Part shown: piece after piece, positions 18,780 to 26,893 of the stretch
Position numbering within the stretch: the stretch's first letter is position 1
Layout: every line of letters begins with the position of its first letter
NCBI GenBank assembly: GCA_964440525.1
Contig: CAYTTC010000005.1
Span: 22,594 to 86,593 of the forward strand
Length of the DNA: 64,000 nucleotides
Source of the DNA: an uncultured Propylenella sp.
Lineage (GTDB): Bacteria; Pseudomonadota; Alphaproteobacteria; Rhizobiales; Afifellaceae
Reading direction: 5' to 3'
Program-made: the position numbers and the translations under genes
Notes under the pieces: model-generated
What the model was told of the DNA's origin: nothing
The model's database searches: none
The model's input: only the letters and a program-made list of their open reading frames with translations

Positions 18780-21700
18780 CGGCCTTCCCCCGCGCCGCCA
18801 GAAAATCCGTTCCCGTGACCGTGACCGGTATCGGGGCGCCGTCACGGCGCGACGCCCAGAGCCGCTCGCCCACGCGGCGCCGCCCGCCTTTGACCAGCGC
18901 CATGGCGATCGAACGATTGAGGTTCGGGCTGAAATAACTGGATGTGACATAGCCGAGCATCGGAACGGGCGGCTCGCTTTCCGCTTCGCTGCCGATCAGC
19001 TGCGTGCCCTCCATGAGAACGACCGTCGGATCCGCCGTCAGCAGCCCGACGAGTTCTCTACGGTCGGCGCGCATGGTGTCGGCGCGAAAGAGCGAGCGCC
19101 GGCCGACAAAATCGCCGCTCTTCTTCACCATGCCGCCGAGGCCAAGATCGACCGGCGTCACCGTGCCGTCGGTCTCCTGACCGACAATGATGAAGCCTTT
19201 TTCGGCGCGAAGCAGATGCATCGCCTCCGTGCCGTAAGGCGTGATCCCGAATTTCGCGCCCTTTTCCATCACCTCTTCCCAAAGCCACAGGCCGTAGGTT
19301 GCGGGGATGTTGATCTCGTAGGAGAGCTCGCCGGTGAAGGAGATGCGAAAAACGCGGACCGGCACGCCGCCGATATGCGCGTCACGAAAACTCATGAACT
19401 CAAAGTTTTCGGGATTCGCGTCGAGGTCGTCGCAGAGGTCCGTCACCAGCTTGTGGCATTCCGGCCCGCATAGCGAAACGACAGCCCACTCTTCAGTGAT
19501 GCTTGTCAGGAAAACCTTCAGGTCCGGCCATTCGGTCTGCAAATAGTCTTCGAGCTTGCCGAGCACGCGCGCGGCGCCGCCGGTCGTCGTCGTCATGTGA
19601 AAATGGTCGTCGGCAAGGCAGGCGGTGACGCCGTCGTCAATCACCATGCCGTCCTCGCCGAGCATCAGCCCGTAGCGCGCCTTGCCCGCCGCGAGCTTCG
19701 TCCAGGCATTAGTGTAAACGCGGTTCAATAATTCGCGCGCATCGGGGCCGCGGACGTCGATTTTTCCCAGGGTCGAGGCGTCGAGCACGCCGATTGCCGC
19801 CCGCGCGGCCTTTGATTCCCGCTGCACGGCATCATGAAAACTCTCGCTGGCCTTTGGATAGGCGCGCGCTCGCAGCCAGTCGCCGACCGGCTCGAAAACC
19901 GCGCCATGCGTCCGGTGCCAGTCGTGCATCGGGGTGGTCCGGCGGGGCGCGAAGAGGTCGCCGACATGCTGGCCGGCCAGCGCGGCGAAGGTCACCGGCT
20001 TGTAGGGCTGGCGGAAAGTGGTGGTGCCGATCGCAGGAATCGTCTCGCCTCGGACAGAGGCGAGGAAGCCGAAGGCGTTCAGGTTCGCGACCTTGCCCTG
20101 GTCCGTCCCCATGCCTGCAGTCGTGTAGCGCTTGGCGTGTTCGACCGAGCGGTAGCCCTCCTTCACCGCAAGGCCAAGGTCCTTCGTCGTCACATCGTCC
20201 TGCAGGTCGATGAAGGCGCGCACCTTGTGTTTTGGTCGGTTGGAGGGAAGTTCCGGGATGACGCGGATCGGCCCCTGCCCGATCTGGCCGCTTGCCGGCA
20301 CGCTCGGAAGTTTTGGCGGCGTCGCGTCGAAGCCTGCCTTACGCGCGGCCCCGATACCGGCGCGCGCGCCTTCCGCAAAGCATTCCGCCATGCCGAAATA
20401 ACCGTTCGCCGCGCCCGCCGAACGCTCGTGCTGCCAGGAGCGGCCCGGCCGAAAAGCCTCGATCTGATCGTCGTAGCGGAGTTTTCCGCGAGATTGCGCG
20501 AAGAGCGCCACGTTCGGCGCCCAGCCGCCGGCAACGGCGAGGAGGTCGCAGTCGATCTCCACCGGCTTGCCGCCCGTGGCCTGCGCCGTGAGCGGCCGGA
20601 CCGCGATGCGGCTGATCCGGTGCCGGCCCTCGGTTCCGACGATTGTCGCGTTGCCGTAGATCGCGATGCCCCGCCGCGCCGCCTCGGCGAGATGCGCGTG
20701 CGCCATCTCGGAGCGGAGGTCGACCACGGCCGCGACCTCGCCGCCGGCCCGCGCCATGTCGAGCGCCGCGTCCCAGCCAGAATCGTTGTTGGTCGCGACG
20801 ACGATGCGCTTCCCCGGCAGCACCCCGTAGCGATGCATGTAGGTCCGCACCGAGCCGGCGAGCATGATGCCGGGCCGGTCGTTCTCGTGGAAGACGAGTG
20901 GCCTTTCGATCGAGCCGGCGGCGAGCACCACCTCCTTCGCCCTGACGCGCCAGAGTTTTTGGTGCGGCAAGTGCTCCAGTCGTGCCGCTTGCGGCAGATG
21001 ATCGGTGACCCGCTCCCACAGCCCGACGAAATTGTGCGAGTAGTATCCGAAGGCGGTGGTTCGGTTGAGCAGCGTGACTTCCGGCATCGCCTCCAGCTCG
21101 GTGCGGATTCCTGCCACCCAGTCGACCGGCGTCTTACCGTCGAGCAACAGCATTTCGGGATCGCGCGACAGGAGTGTTCCGCCAAGCTCGGCGGTTTCTT
21201 CCGCCAGGATTACGCGCGCCCCGGCGCGGCCGGCAGCGAGCGCCGCCATCAGGCCAGCCGGACCGCCGCCGACGACGAGAACGTCGCAGTGCCGGTTCGC
21301 CACCTCGTAGCGGTCGGGATCGAGGAGAGCGGGCGCGCGGCCGAGGCCCGCGGCGCGCCGGATGAGCGGCTCGAACGCCATCCAGCCCGGCCAACCCTTA
21401 AAAGTCTTGTAGTAGAAACCGGCGGGAATGAAGGGGGCGATCAGGTCGTTCAGCGCGCCGAGATCGAATTTGAGCGTCGGCCAGCAATTCTGCGGGCGCG
21501 CCTTCAGCCCGTCAAAAATCTCCTGCTCGGTGACGCGGCAATTCGGATCGCTGCGGGCGCGATCTCCGCCGATCTCGACCAGCGCTGCCGGCTCCTCGCT
21601 GCCGGCTGAGAGAATACCGCGCGGCCGGTGATATTTGAACGAGCGCGCCACCATGTGCTCGCCATTCGCGAGCAGCGCGGAGGCAAGCGTATCGCCCGGA

Positions 21701-21795
21701 TGGCCGGCGAGATTGCGACCGCCGAAAGAAAAACGAAGCGTCCGCGCACGATCGATGCGGCCCCCCTTCGGCAGGCGATAGAGTTGCTTACTCAT
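18772..21795 (-). CDS. soxA: Sarcosine oxidase alpha subunit (operon 2)
   Basis: 1007-aa ORF with FKYHRPRG, VVGGGPAGLMAALAA and a C-terminal GcvT-like domain. Diverged paralog of 13926..16913. Confidence 0.9.
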   Translation of the reverse strand: MSKQLYRLPKGGRIDRARTLRFSFGGRNLAGHPGDTLASALLANGEHMVARSFKYHRPRGILSAGSEEPAALVEIGGDRARSDPNCRVTEQEIFDGLKARPQNCWPTLKFDLGALNDLIAPFIPAGFYYKTFKGWPGWMAFEPLIRRAAGLGRAPALLDPDRYEVANRHCDVLVVGGGPAGLMAALAAGRAGARVILAEETAELGGTLLSRDPEMLLLDGKTPVDWVAGIRTELEAMPEVTLLNRTTAFGYYSHNFVGLWERVTDHLPQAARLEHLPHQKLWRVRAKEVVLAAGSIERPLVFHENDRPGIMLAGSVRTYMHRYGVLPGKRIVVATNNDSGWDAALDMARAGGEVAAVVDLRSEMAHAHLAEAARRGIAIYGNATIVGTEGRHRISRIAVRPLTAQATGGKPVEIDCDLLAVAGGWAPNVALFAQSRGKLRYDDQIEAFRPGRSWQHERSAGAANGYFGMAECFAEGARAGIGAARKAGFDATPPKLPSVPASGQIGQGPIRVIPELPSNRPKHKVRAFIDLQDDVTTKDLGLAVKEGYRSVEHAKRYTTAGMGTDQGKVANLNAFGFLASVRGETIPAIGTTTFRQPYKPVTFAALAGQHVGDLFAPRRTTPMHDWHRTHGAVFEPVGDWLRARAYPKASESFHDAVQRESKAARAAIGVLDASTLGKIDVRGPDARELLNRVYTNAWTKLAAGKARYGLMLGEDGMVIDDGVTACLADDHFHMTTTTGGAARVLGKLEDYLQTEWPDLKVFLTSITEEWAVVSLCGPECHKLVTDLCDDLDANPENFEFMSFRDAHIGGVPVRVFRISFTGELSYEINIPATYGLWLWEEVMEKGAKFGITPYGTEAMHLLRAEKGFIIVGQETDGTVTPVDLGLGGMVKKSGDFVGRRSLFRADTMRADRRELVGLLTADPTVVLMEGTQLIGSEAESEPPVPMLGYVTSSYFSPNLNRSIAMALVKGGRRRVGERLWASRRDGAPIPVTVTGTDFLAARGKADG

Positions 21796-22172
21796 GCGCG
21801 CGAACCGCCTCCGGCTTCGCCCGGCAAAAGCACTTTCGCGGCGTCGTTACCGGAGCCGATCGAAGCTTCGCCGCTCGGCGTTGCGGGCAGGTTGGCGCTG
21901 ACCTCGGGGCGCGGCTCGCCGAGCCTGTAGACGGCGAGGATGTCGTCGGTCGCTGTATTGCGGAGCATGTTGAACCAGCGGCGGCAGCCGGCCTGATGGT
22001 TCCAGCGCTCGGCGATGATCCCCTTCGGGTTGGAGCGCAGGAAGAGATATTCCGCCCATTCCGTGTCGCTGAGCGCCTCCGAATTCGTCGGGCGCGCGAT
22101 ATGCGCCTCGCCCCCATGCGCGAATTCGGAAATGTCGCGCTCGCCGCACCAGGGGCAGCGGATCAGGAACAT
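21792..22172 (-). CDS. soxD: Sarcosine oxidase delta subunit (operon 2), with C-terminal extension
   Basis: MFLIRCPWCGERD...NHQAGCRRW motif. ATG at 22172 has GGAG 9 nt upstream (alternative ATG at 22187). About 35 extra C-terminal residues relative to the operon-1 SoxD. Confidence 0.8.
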   Translation of the reverse strand: MFLIRCPWCGERDISEFAHGGEAHIARPTNSEALSDTEWAEYLFLRSNPKGIIAERWNHQAGCRRWFNMLRNTATDDILAVYRLGEPRPEVSANLPATPSGEASIGSGNDAAKVLLPGEAGGGSRA

Positions 22173-22204
22173 TGGATGCCGCTCCATCTTGCACCCACAT
22201 TTCC

Positions 22205-22336
22205 TGTCGTCATGGCAGGGCTTGACCCTGCCATCCATTCCGTAACGTCCCACACAATCCGCGACCACAACGGAATGGATCGCCGGATCAAGTCCGGCGA
22301 TGACGACAAACGTTGTGCCTGTGTCGTCATCCCGCC
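22205..22336. repeat. REP-like family B, head-to-head pair plus partial third unit
   Basis: Unit TGTCGTCAT-arm-CTTGAYC-arm'-ATCCATTCCGTAACG at 22205-22247 and inverted at 22271-22308. A truncated unit start (GTGTCGTCATCCCGCCC) lies at 22321-22336. All of this sits between soxB and soxD of operon 2. Confidence 0.85.
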
Positions 22337-22337
22337 C

Positions 22338-23588
22338 TCAATGCGCCACGGCCGCAGCGCCGTGCTCGGCAACGAGTGCGCCGGTCGAAAATCGCTCCAG
22401 CGAAAACGGCGCGGCGATTGCGTTCGGCTCGTCGCGCGCGACGAGATCGGCAAAAACGTGGCCCGAGCCCGGCGTCGCCTTCCAGCCGCCGGTTCCCCAG
22501 CCGCCATTGATGTAGAACCCCTTCACCGGGGTCTTGGAGATGATCGGACTCGCATCCGGACAGACGTCCACGATGCCGGCCCATTGCCGCATCATGCGAA
22601 GCCGTGAGACGATCGGAAAAAGCTCGATCAACGCCGCCATCTGATGCTCGATGATGTCGAGCGAGCCGCGCTGCGTGTAGCTGACATAGGGGTCGATGCC
22701 GGCACCGATGACGAGCTCGCCCTTGTCGGACTGGCTCACATAGACGTGGACGGCGTTCGACATCACGACGCAGGGAAGAATCGGCTTCACCGGCTCGGAG
22801 ACCAACGCTTGCAACGGATGGCTTTCGATCGGCAGCTTCAATCCCACCATTTTTGCGATGACGCTGGTGTGGCCGGCGGTCACGCACCCCACTTTGCCCG
22901 TGCGGATCATGCCGCGCGTCGTCGCGACGCCGGTAACCGCGCCGTTTTCGGTCAGGATCTTCGTCACCTCGCATTGCTGAAGAATGTCGACGCCCATCGA
23001 ATCCGCCGCCCGCGCATAGCCCCAGACCACGGCGTCGTGCCGGTTGGTGCCGCCGGAGCGCTGCAAGGTCGCGCCGATCACCGGATAGCGGGCGGTCGGA
23101 GAAATGCTGATCGGTGGGCAGAATTCCTTCACGCCCTCCGGCTCGAGCCATTCGGCATCGACGCCGTTCAGCCGGTTCGCCTCGACGCGCCGGCGGAGCT
23201 GCCGCGCCTCGCCTTCGTCATGCGCGAGGTTCAAAACGCCGCGGTGGCTCATCATGATGTTGAAGTCGAGCTCGCGGCCGAGATTTTTCCAAAGGTCGAG
23301 CGCGTGCTGGTAGATCGCGGCGCTCTCGTCGTTCAAATAGTTGGAGCGGATGACGCTCGTGTTGCGACCGGAATTGCCGCCGCCGATCCAGCCTTTTTCG
23401 ATCACCGCGATGTCGCGAAGGCCGTGCTCCTTGGCGAGATAGTAGGCGGTCGCGAGGCCATGCCCTCCCCCGCCGATGATGACGGCGTCGTAGTTCTCCT
23501 TCGGTTCCGGAAAACGCCAGGCGGGCTGCCAGCCGGTATGGCCTCGAAACCCCTCGCGGATGAGCGAGACGATATTGTAGCGCTGCAT
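22338..23588 (-). CDS. soxB: Sarcosine oxidase beta subunit (operon 2)
   Basis: 416-aa ORF with [21 protein letters not shown] and [13 protein letters not shown]. By eye roughly half the residues are identical to the operon-1 SoxB. Confidence 0.9.
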   Translation of the reverse strand: MQRYNIVSLIREGFRGHTGWQPAWRFPEPKENYDAVIIGGGGHGLATAYYLAKEHGLRDIAVIEKGWIGGGNSGRNTSVIRSNYLNDESAAIYQHALDLWKNLGRELDFNIMMSHRGVLNLAHDEGEARQLRRRVEANRLNGVDAEWLEPEGVKEFCPPISISPTARYPVIGATLQRSGGTNRHDAVVWGYARAADSMGVDILQQCEVTKILTENGAVTGVATTRGMIRTGKVGCVTAGHTSVIAKMVGLKLPIESHPLQALVSEPVKPILPCVVMSNAVHVYVSQSDKGELVIGAGIDPYVSYTQRGSLDIIEHQMAALIELFPIVSRLRMMRQWAGIVDVCPDASPIISKTPVKGFYINGGWGTGGWKATPGSGHVFADLVARDEPNAIAAPFSLERFSTGALVAEHGAAAVAH

Positions 23589-23750
23589 CGCTCCGGTTTA
23601 GGGGGGAGGCGGGAGGCGGGCAATCGCGGAAGCGGCGGGGCGGTGTCGCAGGATGGGCGAATTCTCAGGGGTGTACGACGCGGACTTTCGCGCCCCAAGA
23701 CGCAAGATTCGGGCGGTAGAGCGGGCGCGAAGATGCTAGGTGAAACCATC

Positions 23751-24302
23751 ATGACGGCACTTGGCTACACCCTCTTCGAAACGCCGATCGGTCCCTGCGG
23801 CATCGTGTGGGGCGGGCGCGGAATTGTCGGCCTACAGCTCCCCGAAGCGGACAAATCGCGGGCGCAAAAGCGGCTTGTTCGGCGCTTTCCGGACGCGCTC
23901 GAGGTCGCGCCGCCGCCAGAAATTCAGCGGGCGATCGATCGCATCGTCACCCTGCTCTCGGGCGAACAGGTCGACCTGTCCGATGTTGCTCTCAATATGG
24001 ATCGCATCGCTCCGTTCGAGAAGCAGGTCTATGAAATCGCCCGGAGCATCCGGCCAGGCGAAACGCTCACCTATGGCGAGATCGCCGCGCAGCTCGGCGA
24101 CAAAGCCTTAGCGCGCGACGTCGGCCAGGCGATGGGCAAAAACCCGTTTCCGATCGTCGTCCCCTGCCATCGCGTCGTCGCGGCGAACGGCAAGCTCGGC
24201 GGCTTCTCCGCACCGGGCGGCTCAAGGACGAAACTCAGGATGCTGGCGATTGAAGGCGCCGCGGTGGGGGATCAGACCGACCTGTTCGCGACATCGCCGT
24301 AG
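23751..24302 (+). CDS. ogt: Methylated-DNA--protein-cysteine methyltransferase
   Basis: C-terminal 183 aa of track ORF 22644..24302, with LTYGEIAAQLG and active-site PCHRVV motifs. The upstream part of that ORF is antisense to soxB. Alternative ATG at 23733. Confidence 0.85.
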   Translation: MTALGYTLFETPIGPCGIVWGGRGIVGLQLPEADKSRAQKRLVRRFPDALEVAPPPEIQRAIDRIVTLLSGEQVDLSDVALNMDRIAPFEKQVYEIARSIRPGETLTYGEIAAQLGDKALARDVGQAMGKNPFPIVVPCHRVVAANGKLGGFSAPGGSRTKLRMLAIEGAAVGDQTDLFATSP

Positions 24303-24496
24303 ATTGGGAAGCCGCCCGTGGAGTGAAACGGTATCTCACGACGCAAAATGTGCACGGAGCCGCAGAACGCGCACGGCTGCCCGTATGCATCTTCTTCTGA
24401 AAGATCACCGCACGCCCTGAAGTGGCATTTCGGCTGGACTCTCCTTCAATCTTAGGTTTAGCTTTGAGATTGCCAGCATCGAAGGGGAACCTCACC

Positions 24497-24733
24497 ATGG
24501 AACATGGACGTGACCCGGCGGTCCACGAGGACGAAGACGACGCGGAAGGCTGCAGCCTCGATTTTCGCGAGGACGAAACACCAGATTGGGATCTGCCGGC
24601 GGCGGCAGGTGGCGTTGAACTGGCGCAACACGACGACCCCGATGACGATACCGATGGGTGTGAGCTCGACTTTGGCAACAGCGACCCAACCACAGACGAA
24701 GAGTTGCCGGTCGCAATAGGGGGAGTTGCGTAA
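24497..24733 (+). CDS. Hyper-acidic 78-aa protein with internal tandem repeat (unknown function)
   Basis: ATG at 24497 is preceded by GAAGGGGA. It has two repeats of D-x-x-G-C-x-L-D-F...[D/E]-x-L-P-x-A-x-G-G-V. About 30 of 78 residues are D/E and there is no signal peptide. Its stop lies 1 nt before the amidase ATG. Confidence 0.55.
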   Translation: MEHGRDPAVHEDEDDAEGCSLDFREDETPDWDLPAAAGGVELAQHDDPDDDTDGCELDFGNSDPTTDEELPVAIGGVA

Positions 24734-24734
24734 C

Positions 24735-25502
24735 ATGGCCTTCTCACTGACTTGGTTGCCAGAGGTGCTGGAGGAGGCTGGCCTCAAGGTCGCCGAGCAG
24801 ACCGGCTGGCGGACGCGTGGACATGGCGATGTCGGCTCTATCAAGGGCGTCATCTGCCACCACACCGCCGGAGGCAAGACAGGAAACATGCCCAGCCTTG
24901 GCGTCGTGACTCACGGCCGACCCGGCCTCAGCGGTCCGCTCTCTCAGCTTTGCCTCGGGCGCGACGGTACATGGTTCATCGTTGCGGCGGGCCGGGCAAG
25001 CCACGCGGGCAAGGGCGAATGGCAAGGAATAAAGACTGGTAACTCGAGCTTCATCGGAATTGAAGCCGAGAATACCGGGCTTGTCGATGATCCTTGGCCG
25101 GCGGTCCAAATGGATGCGTACCACCGGGGCGCTGCGGCCATCCTCCAGAGGATCAAGGCAAAGGAGAACATGTGCTGTGGGCACAAGGAATATGCTCTTC
25201 CAAAGGGCCGCAAACCCGATCCACTCTTTGACATGGATGCCTTCCGCGCGGCAGTGAAATCATTCATGGACGGCACCGCGCCGCCGCCCACCCCGATACC
25301 TGCGATTGATTCGGCAGGACGTCCGACCCTAAGACGCGGTGCAAGGGGCGACCTGGTCAGGCAGCTCCAGGCGAAGCTGGGCGTTATCGCTGACGGCATC
25401 TTTGGCGCCAACACCGAAGCGACTCTGCGGCAGTTCCAGCGGGACAAAGGCCTTGTTCCCGACGGGATCGCCGGCCCAAAAACCTGGGTCGCACTGAAGT
25501 AG
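24735..25502 (+). CDS. N-acetylmuramoyl-L-alanine amidase (Amidase_2/PGRP) with C-terminal PG_binding_1 domain
   Basis: VICHHTAGG, SHAGKG, IGIEAENTG and CGHKEY motifs. The C-terminus has LRRGARGDLVRQLQAKLG..DGIFGANTEATLRQFQRDKGLVPDGIAGPKTW. No signal peptide. ATG at 24735 with GGGGAG upstream. Confidence 0.85.
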   Translation: MAFSLTWLPEVLEEAGLKVAEQTGWRTRGHGDVGSIKGVICHHTAGGKTGNMPSLGVVTHGRPGLSGPLSQLCLGRDGTWFIVAAGRASHAGKGEWQGIKTGNSSFIGIEAENTGLVDDPWPAVQMDAYHRGAAAILQRIKAKENMCCGHKEYALPKGRKPDPLFDMDAFRAAVKSFMDGTAPPPTPIPAIDSAGRPTLRRGARGDLVRQLQAKLGVIADGIFGANTEATLRQFQRDKGLVPDGIAGPKTWVALK

Positions 25503-25663
25503 TAAAAGGGGTCATCCGCAGTAGCGCAGATCATGATGCGTTGCCGCGGTGGAGATGCTGCAATCGGCGGACGACTCTGAGCGTGGGCCTGCTGGCGTCC
25601 GCTCTGAACCTACCGCGTTCGAGCCGAACTCCTCGTCCAGGGAAGATCGGCGGCAGAGGGCGG

Positions 25664-25968
25664 TTAGAACAACCCCTGCACCAGCCCGCCCTCGTCCAGC
25701 CCAATCGTCTCCGCCGCGGGCACCTTCGGCAATCCGGGCATGGTCATGATCTCTCCGCAGATCGCCACCACGAAGCCGGCGCCGGCCGCGAGCCTGACCT
25801 CGCGGACCGGCACAACGTGATGGGTCGGCGCGCCGCGCAAATTCGGATCGGTGGAGAACGAGTACTGCGTCTTCGCGATGCAGATCGGGAGCTTCTGATA
25901 GCCCGCTCTGTCCCATTCGTGCAGCTGGTCGCGGATTTTCTTGTCGGCGACCGCCTCCTCGGCGCGAT
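25664..25968 (-). pseudogene. fhs: Duplicated 3' fragment of formate--tetrahydrofolate ligase (about 101 C-terminal codons plus stop)
   Basis: Aligns without gaps to 26894-27198 of intact fhs. I counted about 28 mismatches by eye. It encodes ..[37 protein letters not shown]. There is no upstream fhs sequence. Confidence 0.85.
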
Positions 25969-26008
25969 ACTGCTTCGCACCGGGGAACCTGGGTCGGGCT
26001 TGGCCTAG

Positions 26009-26782
26009 CTAACTGACGGTTCCCACCTTCCGCAGGAGCTGGGGAAGCTTATTCAAGTTCACCCCCTGTACAGTTCTAAACGCAAACGTAATTGATCCTC
26101 CAGATTTTTCGAAATAAGCTTCCAGCACGTACACGTTAAACAGGATAACGGCGTCGTCTCCTTGAATTTGTTCTACGCCGCTGCCGGTCAAGGTAACGTC
26201 CACGGTCGCGTTTCCAACCTGGACTGGGAAGCTGGCTCCGCTTTTGATCTCATTGTCGATAGCAAGCTGTAGCTGGTCGCCGAAGGTTACGTCCCTCACA
26301 AGGAGATAATATATGGTCCTATTTCCTTCGATTGCAGATGGAATCCCCCATTCATGGGCTATTCCCTCATTTGCGCGTCCGTTTATAGCTTCCGAAATCC
26401 TAGTATAAACTCGACTGGTAGCGAGTCTCTTGGCGTCCTCGACGATGAATGTAGACCTACTTTGTATCGCGGCTTCAAGCGCCAACTTTTGCACCAGTGA
26501 GAGTTCGGCGTTTAAAGTTATCCCGGCTTCGTAGCTCGTTTTCTGGCGCACGCCATTTGCGCCTTCCGGTGGAGCAGTTGGGAAGCCCGGGATTTCGCCG
26601 AGATATGCGAGTGAGCCGAGGTCAAAGTCCCATCGAAAGAAAGCACCGGCCTTGTACGCACCCGAGTTAATGAAGCCCAGATTAGTCTTGGCAAAATCCA
26701 CGTTTAGGTCGACTGAGGAAGTTTCGCAGCCTGCCAAGGATAAGAAGCATCCAATCGCCAAGACGATCCTCGCCCGCGCCAT
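26009..26782 (-). CDS. Orphan lipoprotein, beta-rich, unknown function
   Basis: 257-aa ORF with lipoprotein signal MARARIVLAIGCFLSLAG|C (lipobox LAGC). GC is visibly lower (about 50% by eye) than the flanks. I recognise no motif. Confidence 0.7.
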   Translation of the reverse strand: MARARIVLAIGCFLSLAGCETSSVDLNVDFAKTNLGFINSGAYKAGAFFRWDFDLGSLAYLGEIPGFPTAPPEGANGVRQKTSYEAGITLNAELSLVQKLALEAAIQSRSTFIVEDAKRLATSRVYTRISEAINGRANEGIAHEWGIPSAIEGNRTIYYLLVRDVTFGDQLQLAIDNEIKSGASFPVQVGNATVDVTLTGSGVEQIQGDDAVILFNVYVLEAYFEKSGGSITFAFRTVQGVNLNKLPQLLRKVGTVS

Positions 26783-26893
26783 TTATTGCGCCCCCAAAGA
26801 AATTGCCGAACCGGCAAGGGAAACTCTACAAGGACGGGTCTCTCAGCGCAATTGAAGGTTGCCCGATGCGCTCAGTACGCGATAGCGCGTCGC

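Noticed and set aside
22644-23750. N-terminal about 370 aa of the 552-aa ORF that ends as ogt
   Set aside because: This part is antisense to soxB2. Recognisable Ogt sequence begins only at MTALGYTLFETPIG (23751).
24497-24733. Reading the acidic mini-protein as a RiPP precursor with double-glycine leaders (..DEELPVAIGG|VA)
   Set aside because: Only two residues follow the final GG. There is no peptidase-domain ABC exporter or modification enzyme nearby, and the motif occurs twice internally rather than once before a core peptide.
26009-26782. Gasdermin-like pore-forming protein
   Set aside because: Some beta-strand stretches looked superficially reminiscent. However, the protein has a Sec/lipobox signal, there is no adjacent protease, and I cannot support homology without structure or profile searches.
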